DNA of 26,821 nucleotides, from IMG/VR virus record IMGVR_UViG_2740892230_000038. One strand, given 5' to 3'. The notes under the pieces are model-generated. The model made no database searches, was not told where the DNA came from, and was given only the letters and a program-made list of their open reading frames with translations. This document shows, in pieces, positions 20,440-26,821 of the stretch (positions within the stretch are counted from its first letter, which is position 1; the number at the start of each line of letters is the position of its first letter). This DNA is from a virus (Duplodnaviria > Heunggongvirae > Uroviricota > Caudoviricetes). The translations under genes and the position numbers were made by a program.

Positions 20440-21225
20440 ATGAGTACAGCACTCGCAACGCTGGCAGGGAAGCTGGCTGAACGTGTCGGCATGGATTCTG
20501 TCGACCCACAGGAACTGATCACCACTCTTCGCCAGACGGCATTTAAAGGTGATGCCAGCGATGCGCAGTTCATCGCATTGTTGATCGTCGCCAACCAGTA
20601 CGGCCTTAATCCGTGGACGAAAGAAATTTACGCCTTCCCTGATAAGCAGAACGGCATCGTTCCGGTGGTGGGCGTTGATGGCTGGTCCCGCATCATCAAT
20701 GAAAACCAGCAGTTTGATGGCATGGACTTTGAGCAGGACAATGAATCCTGTACATGCCGGATTTACCGCAAGGACCGTAATCATCCGATCTGCGTTACCG
20801 AATGGATGGATGAATGCCGCCGCGAACCATTCAAAACTCGCGAAGGCAGAGAAATCACGGGGCCGTGGCAGTCGCATCCCAAACGGATGTTACGGCATAA
20901 AGCCATGATTCAGTGTGCCCGTCTGGCCTTCGGATTTGCTGGTATCTATGACAAGGATGAAGCCGAGCGCATTGTCGAAAATACCGCATACACTGCAGAA
21001 CGTCAGCCAGAACGCGACATCACTCCGGTTAACGATGAAACCATGCAGGAGATTAACACTCTGCTGATCGCCCTGGATAAAACATGGGATGACGACTTAT
21101 TGCCGCTCTGTTCCCAGATATTTCGCCGCGACATTCGCGCATCGTCAGAACTGACACAGGCCGAAGCAGTGAAAGCTCTTGGATTCCTGAAACAGAAAGC
21201 CACTGAGCAGAAGGTGGCAGCATGA
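20440..21225 (+). CDS. bet: Bet (Red-beta single-strand annealing protein)
   Basis: 261-aa [77 protein letters not shown]... matches recalled lambda Bet. Confidence 0.9.
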
Positions 21226-21975
21226 CACCGGACATTATCCTGCAGCGTACCGGGATCGACGTGAGAGCTGTCGAACAGGGGGATGATGCATGGCACAAAT
21301 TACGGCTCGGCGTCATCACCGCTTNNNNNNNNNNTGCATCGTCAGAACTGACACAGGACGAAGCAGTGAAAGCTCTTGGATTCCTGAAACAAAAAGCTAC
21401 TGAACAGAAGGTGGCAGCATGACACCGGACATTATCCTGCAGCGTACCGGGATCGACGTGAGAGCTATCGAGCAGGGAGATGATGCGTGGCACAAATTAC
21501 GGCTCGGCGTCATCACCGCTTCAGAAGTTCACAACGTGATAGCAAAGCCCCGCTCAGGAAAGAAGTGGCCTGACATGAAAATGTCCTACTTCCACACCCT
21601 GCTGGCTGAGGTTTGCACCGGTGTGGCTCCGGAAGTTAATGCTAAGGCGCTGGCCTGGGGAAAACAGTACGAGAACGACGCCAGAACCCTGTTTGAATTC
21701 ACTTCCGGCGTGAATGTTACTGAATCCCCGATCANNNNNNNNNNTACTACAGAACGTCAGCCGGAACGCGACATCACCCCGGTTAACGAAGAGACCATGT
21801 CGGAAATTAACGCCCTTCTTACTTCCATGGAAAAAACGTGGGATGACGACCTCTTGCCGCTCTGTTCCCAGATATTTCGCCGCTACATTCGAGCGTCGTC
21901 AGAACTGTCCCAGGCCGAAGCAGAGAAGGTTCTTGGATTCCTGAAACAGAAAGCCACGGAGCAGAAGGTGGCAGC

Positions 21976-22830
21976 ATGACACCAGAAATTATCCTACAAC
22001 GTACCGGGATCGACGTGAGAGGTGTCGAGCAGGGAGATTATGCATGGCAAAAATTACGGCTCGGGGTCATCACAGCTTCAGAAGTTCACAACGTGATAGC
22101 CAAACCCCGCTCCGGAAAGAAATGGCCTGACATGAAAATGTCCTACTTCCACACCCTGCTGGCTGAGGTCTGCACGGGTGTGGTCCCGGAAGTTAACGCC
22201 AAAGCCCTGGCATGGGGAAAACAGTACGAGAACGACGCCAGAGCCCTGTTTGAGTTTACTTCCGGCGTGAATGTTACTGAATCCCCGATCATCTATCGCG
22301 ACGAAAGTATGCGTACCGCCTGCTCTCCGGATGGATTATGCAGTGACGGCAACGGCCTTGAGCTGAAATGTCCGTTTACCTCCCGGGATTTCATGAAATT
22401 CCGGCNNNNNNNNNNCACCGCCTGCTCTCCCGATGGTTTATGCAGTGACGGCAACGGCCTTGAACTGAAATGCCCGTTTACCTCCCGGGATTTCATGAAG
22501 TTCCGGCTCGGTGGTTTCGAGGCCATAAAATCGGCTTACATGGCCCAGGTGCAGTACAGCATGTGGGTGACGCGAAAAGATGCCTGGTACTTTGCCAACT
22601 ATGACCCACGAATGAAGCGTGAAGGCCTGCATTATGTCGTGGTTGAGCGGGATGAAAATTACATGGCGAGTTTTGACGAGATGGTGCCGGAGTTCATCGA
22701 AAANNNNNNNNNNATTGAGCGGAATGAAAAGTACATGGCGAATTTTGACGAGATGGTGCCGGAGTTCATCGAAAAAATGGACGTGGCACTGGCTGAAATT
22801 GGTTTTGTATTTGGGGAGCAATGGCGATGA
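21976..22830 (+). CDS. exo: Exo (lambda exonuclease); frame inflated by N-runs at 22406-22415 and 22704-22713 with duplicated blocks
   Basis: [65 protein letters not shown]...GFVFGEQWR; ATGA overlap with preceding bet-end copy; additional partial bet-end/exo-start variant copies at 21222-21324, 21335-21734 and 21745-21979. Confidence 0.85.
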   Translation: MTPEIILQRTGIDVRGVEQGDYAWQKLRLGVITASEVHNVIAKPRSGKKWPDMKMSYFHTLLAEVCTGVVPEVNAKALAWGKQYENDARALFEFTSGVNVTESPIIYRDESMRTACSPDGLCSDGNGLELKCPFTSRDFMKFRXXXXTACSPDGLCSDGNGLELKCPFTSRDFMKFRLGGFEAIKSAYMAQVQYSMWVTRKDAWYFANYDPRMKREGLHYVVVERDENYMASFDEMVPEFIEXXXXIERNEKYMANFDEMVPEFIEKMDVALAEIGFVFGEQWR

Positions 22831-22985
22831 AGCATCCTCACGATAATATCCGGGTAGGCGCGATCACTTTCGTCTACTCCGTTACAAAGCGAGGCTGGGT
22901 ATTTCCCGGCCTTTCTGTTATCAGAAATCCACTGAAAGCACAGCGGCTGGCTGAGGAGATAAATAATAAACGGGAGAGTGTATGA
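22827..22985 (+). CDS. Small hypothetical ORF downstream of exo
   Basis: 52 codons [52 protein letters not shown] translated by hand; ATGA overlaps with exo stop and with next gene start; a variant of its 3' end recurs at 23804-23855. Confidence 0.4.
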   Translation: MKHPHDNIRVGAITFVYSVTKRGWVFPGLSVIRNPLKAQRLAEEINNKRESV

Positions 22986-23734
22986 TTCATTTTCACGGTG
23001 GTCCAATAACTCCCGATACCTGTGCGTTGAAAGCCTGGAAAGGCAGACACGCATTCATCAGTTTTGCTAATCCAGCTCAGATTGATCTGGCTTCCGAAGT
23101 CACCCAATCATTTGCTCTTGATAATGGTGCATTCACATTCTGGACAAAAAACAAGGCCGTAGACTGGAATAAATATTACAGATTTGTTGAACGCTGGGGT
23201 AATCACCCTCGTTTCTCATTCGCGGTTATCCCGGATGTTATCGGCGGAACCAGTGAAGAGAATGACGCCCTGATTGCGGCATGGCCTCACGGTAAATTTA
23301 TTGGTGCTCCGGTGTGGCACATGAACGAACCAGATGAGCGATTTATTCGTCTGTGCCATGAGTTTCCCCGCGTCTGCATCGGCTCGATGGGGGAATGCGA
23401 TGCAAAACGACCGAGAGCGTGTCGGGCTAAACTACGCGATCTTATACGTCATGTTGTAGATCAGTACGGCTACCCAATCACCAAGATTCATGGGTTACGG
23501 ATGTTAAATAAAGACATTTTTACTCATGTACCGCTTTCGTCTGCAGACAGCACGAACGTCGCAAGAAATATAGGCATCGACAAATCCTGGGTAGGTTCGC
23601 CATATGCTCCCGCAAGTAAAGAAACCCGTACGCAAGTTCTTGTGGAACGCATTGAATCATTCAACAGTGCCAGTTCACTTAATTACAATGCTGAACGGGA
23701 CGTCTTTACCCCTCAACTGGCATTCGAAGTGTGA
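22982..23734 (+). CDS. Hypothetical 250-aa protein (Cys cluster CHEFPRVCIGSMGECDAKRPRAC), variable cargo downstream of exo
   Basis: ORF with ATGA coupling to upstream small ORF; no family recognised by eye. Confidence 0.55.
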   Translation: MIHFHGGPITPDTCALKAWKGRHAFISFANPAQIDLASEVTQSFALDNGAFTFWTKNKAVDWNKYYRFVERWGNHPRFSFAVIPDVIGGTSEENDALIAAWPHGKFIGAPVWHMNEPDERFIRLCHEFPRVCIGSMGECDAKRPRACRAKLRDLIRHVVDQYGYPITKIHGLRMLNKDIFTHVPLSSADSTNVARNIGIDKSWVGSPYAPASKETRTQVLVERIESFNSASSLNYNAERDVFTPQLAFEV

Positions 23735-23854
23735 GGCCAATATGACAATAGAACATAATAACGCCCTTCGCAGCATTGCCCGTCAGGCTAATTNNNNNNN
23801 NNNGCTGAAAGCCCAGCGGCTGGCTGAGGAGATAAATAATAAACGAGGGGCTGT

Positions 23855-24046
23855 ATGCACAAAGCATCTCCTGTTGAGTTAAGAACGAGCATTGAGATTG
23901 CACATAGCCTTGCTCAAATTGGAGTCAGGTTTGTGCCAATACCAGTAGAAACAGACGAAGAATTTCATACGTTAGCCGCATCCCTTTCACAAAAGCTGGA
24001 AATGATGGTGGCGAAAGCAGAAGCAGATGAGAGAGACCAGGTATGA
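23855..24046 (+). CDS. Hypothetical small acidic protein (alternative occupant of the post-exo slot)
   Basis: 63-aa ORF MHKASPVELRTSIEIAHSLAQIGVRF... preceded by gagggg SD; follows N-run 23794-23803. Confidence 0.4.
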   Translation: MHKASPVELRTSIEIAHSLAQIGVRFVPIPVETDEEFHTLAASLSQKLEMMVAKAEADERDQV

Positions 24047-24122
24047 CAACCACGGAATGCATTTTTCTGGCAGCGGGCTTCATATTCTGTGTGCTTATGC
24101 TTGCCGACATGGGACTTGTTCA

Positions 24123-24338
24123 ATGACACCTCAGCAGGAAAACGCCCTTCGCAGCATTGCCCGTCAGGCTAATTCTGAAATCAAAAAAGCCAGACAGCAG
24201 TTTCCGGATAAAAACGTCGATGACATTTGCCGTAGCGTACTGAAGAAGCACCGCGAAACGGTAACGCTGATGGGATTCACACCGACTCATTTAAGCCTGG
24301 CGATCGGCATGTTAAACGGCGTCTTTAAGGAACGATGA
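24123..24338 (+). CDS. Hypothetical small protein (ALRSIARQAN-containing)
   Basis: MTPQQENALRSIARQANSEIKKARQQFPDKNVDDICRSVLKKHRETVTLMGFTPTHLSLAIGMLNGVFKER; a variant 5' end (MTIEHNNALRSIARQAN) occurs at 23742-23793 before an N-run; start codon uncertain. Confidence 0.4.
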   Translation: MTPQQENALRSIARQANSEIKKARQQFPDKNVDDICRSVLKKHRETVTLMGFTPTHLSLAIGMLNGVFKER

Positions 24339-24436
24339 ACATGAAAAGCAAAATCATCAGGGAGCTACAGGCTCCTTTTTTATTATTCGCATTCACCCTC
24401 AAGCGTATTAACCAACAATTCAGGGATTAATGGAAG

Positions 24437-24593
24437 ATGGCAGACATCATTGATTCAGCATCAGAAATTGAAGAATTACAGCGCAATACAGCAATAAAAA
24501 TGCGTCGTCTGAACTACCAGACTATATCCGCCACTCATTGTTGTGAGTGTGGCGATCCCATAGATGAACGAAGACGCCTGGTCGTTCAGGGTT
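24437..24593 (+). CDS. TraR/DksA-like C4 zinc-finger protein, 3' end cut by N-run
   Basis: MADIIDSASEIEELQRNTAIKMRRLNYQTISATHCCECGDPIDERRRLVVQG; CxxC followed by basic patch, typical of phage TraR-like proteins. Confidence 0.5.
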
Positions 24594-25180
24594 NNNNNNN
24601 NNNAACTGCTCCGGTAGCTCCAAGGCGGAGGTGCTGGAAAATATCAAAAACAATTTCGACGCGTTTCTTGCTCTGACACCAGAAACAAAAGCAGAACGGA
24701 TGTACCGACGCGATATACAACTCGCGCTAAAACAGGAGAAGGACCGAACAAACGAAACAGCAATGAGACCGTTGCGAAAAGCGACAATAGACAAATTCCC
24801 TGAATATATCGACCCGCGCCTGCGTAATTACCGCTCACGCTATGGCGCTATCAGTAATGACTGAGGAATTTACCATGAGAGGACTTGCATACAATCCCGG
24901 CATTCTTCCGGCAGAAATGATTATTCGCCAACGCGTAAAGCCAATGCCCTCGAGAGAGGAATTGCTTAAGAGAAAGAGTTTCGGTTCTGTTAATGACAAC
25001 AAATATCTGAATGCGATGTTGCGCAAAGGAGGCAACCAGTGAGCAAAATTGACTATCAGGCACTGCGTGAGGCGGCAGTAGCAATTGAANNNNNNNNNNG
25101 ATCGAACTTAAGAACAAACAATGGGGACTGTGATGGCCTCAAAGCAGCAAATTTCAACATCGTCCAACTGAGGTGTAAAA

Positions 25181-25459
25181 ATGTTCAGAATCATTTTTCC
25201 TAACACCTGGTACGTCGACCACCACGGCACTCCCTGCAAAATCCTGCGTTCTACCCACAACAAAGTTCACTACATCCGAAAAGGCAGAACATGTATCGCC
25301 AGCATGTTCCGCTTTAATCATGACTTTGAACCTGTGAATAAAGCTGATGCAGATCGGATAGCAGAAGAGATCGAAACGGCAGAACACATTAAGAAGTTAC
25401 GTGACATGCGTTCAAAAAGCAGAGGTAACCATGGAATCATACAGCCTCACACTCGATGA
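25181..25459 (+). CDS. Hypothetical protein upstream of xis
   Basis: 92-aa ORF MFRIIFPNTWYVDHHGTPCKILRSTHNKVHYIRKGRTCIASMFRF...; no family recognised. Confidence 0.35.
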   Translation: MFRIIFPNTWYVDHHGTPCKILRSTHNKVHYIRKGRTCIASMFRFNHDFEPVNKADADRIAEEIETAEHIKKLRDMRSKSRGNHGIIQPHTR

Positions 25460-25802
25460 GGCCTGTCAGTTTCTTAAGATATCCAGACCAACCGCCACCA
25501 ACTGGATACGAACAGGCCGCCTACAGGCAACACGTAAAGATCCAACCAAGCCAAAATCTCCTTACCTCACAACACGGCAAGCCTGCATTGCGGCGCTTCA
25601 GTCTCCGCTGCATACTGTCCAGGTGAGCGCGGGTGATGGCATAACAGAGGAAAGAAAATGTCACTCTTCCGCAGAAATGAAATATGGTATGCCTCGTATT
25701 CGCTCCCGGGCGGGAAACGAATTAAGGAATCTCTTGGCACAAAGGACAAGCGGCAAGCTCAGGAGTTGCACGACAAGCGAAAAGCAGAACTCTGGCGAGT
25801 AG
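25431..25802 (+). CDS. xis: Excisionase-like (AlpA/Xis-type HTH) protein; 3' extent uncertain, frame overlaps int
   Basis: [57 protein letters not shown]...; aggtaacc SD; immediately upstream of integrase. Confidence 0.5.
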   Translation: MESYSLTLDEACQFLKISRPTATNWIRTGRLQATRKDPTKPKSPYLTTRQACIAALQSPLHTVQVSAGDGITEERKCHSSAEMKYGMPRIRSRAGNELRNLLAQRTSGKLRSCTTSEKQNSGE

Positions 25803-26821
25803 AAAAGCTAGGGGATTTACCTGATGTCACTTTTGAAGAGGCCTGCCTAAGATGGCTTGAGGAAAAAGCTGATAAAAAATCTCTCGATTCAGATAAAAGC
25901 CGGATTGAGTTCTGGCTTGAACATTTTGAGGGTATAAGGCTTAAAGATATCTCGGAGGCAAAGATTTACTCTGCTGTAAGCAGAATGCATAACAGAAAGA
26001 CGAAAGAAATATGGAAACAGAAAGTTCAGGCCGCCATCAGGAAAGGTAAAGAACTGCCTGTTTATGAACCAAAGCCAGTATCAACTCAGACAAAGGCAAA
26101 GCATCTTGCCATGATAAAGGCCATTCTCCGTGCTGCAGAACGCGACTGGAAGTGGCTGGAAAAAGCGCCTGTCATCAAGATACCAGCGGTCAGAAACAAG
26201 CGAGTCAGATGGCTGGAAAAGGAGGAAGCAAAACGCCTTATTGATGAGTGCCCCGAACCACTGAAATCTGTCGTCAAGTTTGCGCTGGCAACTGGTCTGA
26301 GAAAGTCGAACATCATAAATCTGGAATGGCAACAAATCGACATGCAGCGACGAGTTGCCTGGGTGAATCCAGAAGAGAGCAAATCAAACCGCGCCATTGG
26401 TGTGGCGCTGAACGATACCGCCTGTAAAGTGTTGCGTGATCAAATAGGCAAGCATCACAAATGGGTGTTTGTACATACCAAGGCGGCTAAGCGAGCAGAT
26501 GGAACATCAACGCCTGCGGTCAGGAAGATGCGCATCGACAGCAAGACATCATGGCTATCAGCTTGTCGTCGTGCAGGAATTGAAGATTTCCGTTTCCATG
26601 ACCTCAGACACACCTGGGCAAGCTGGCTGATTCAGTCAGGCGTCCCATTATCAGTGCTTCAGGAAATGGGCGGATGGGAGTCCATAGAAATGGTTCGTAG
26701 GTATGCTCACCTTGCGCCTAATCATTTGACAGAGCATGCGAGGAAAATAGACGACATTTTTGGTGATAATGTCCCAAATATGTCCCACTCTGGAATTATG
26801 GAGGATATAAAGAAGGCGTAA
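25658..26821 (+). CDS. intD: Tyrosine site-specific integrase (DLP12 IntD / phage 21 type)
   Basis: 387-aa [55 protein letters not shown]...; C-terminal catalytic region ...[42 protein letters not shown] with conserved R/H/Y motifs. Confidence 0.9.
   Translation: MSLFRRNEIWYASYSLPGGKRIKESLGTKDKRQAQELHDKRKAELWRVEKLGDLPDVTFEEACLRWLEEKADKKSLDSDKSRIEFWLEHFEGIRLKDISEAKIYSAVSRMHNRKTKEIWKQKVQAAIRKGKELPVYEPKPVSTQTKAKHLAMIKAILRAAERDWKWLEKAPVIKIPAVRNKRVRWLEKEEAKRLIDECPEPLKSVVKFALATGLRKSNIINLEWQQIDMQRRVAWVNPEESKSNRAIGVALNDTACKVLRDQIGKHHKWVFVHTKAAKRADGTSTPAVRKMRIDSKTSWLSACRRAGIEDFRFHDLRHTWASWLIQSGVPLSVLQEMGGWESIEMVRRYAHLAPNHLTEHARKIDDIFGDNVPNMSHSGIMEDIKKA

Noticed and set aside
21222-21979. Apparent tandem triplication of the bet-end/exo-start junction, and similar duplicated blocks in P, O, YdaT-like, Ea10-like and exo
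   Set aside because: Each copy is bounded by a run of exactly 10 N and differs only by scattered SNPs; interpreted as scaffold joins between variant contigs, not real tandem duplications or fusion proteins.
25401-25802. Possibility that the xis frame's 145-bp overlap with int indicates a frameshift or fusion
   Set aside because: Overlapping xis-int arrangements are common in lambdoid phages; no indel signature visible; kept as separate genes with the xis 3' end flagged as uncertain.

Overview
The window is a lambdoid prophage of the DLP12/argU type, read in reverse of the usual lambda map. Left to right: intact NmpC-family porin (+); then on the minus strand Q (QuuD), frameshifted rusA, ybcO, ninE, ninB, a hypothetical, serine recombinase YbcK, EmrE, Ren, P, O and the cII/cro side of immunity; then on the plus strand cI, cargo at the rex position, tImm, OL/pL, nutL, N, ral, Ea10-like, cIII, kil, gam, bet, exo, accessory ORFs, xis and a DLP12-type tyrosine integrase. 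Gene identifications rest on protein sequences recalled from memory, not on a database search. The sequence is not one clean haplotype: 21 runs of exactly 10 N (first at 7307, last at 25099) are each flanked by near-identical variant copies of the same segment, so it reads as a scaffold of closely related prophage variants. At least three immunity contexts are present: cI-like type 1 with no cargo before tImm, cI-like type 2 with a 317-aa AT-rich gene before tImm, and a lambda-type cI followed by a two-gene cassette that is not rexA/rexB. The best candidates for an undescribed system are that two-gene cassette (14990-16077), the 317-aa gene (11942-12895), and an antisense zinc-ribbon gene between N and ral (16821-17324).
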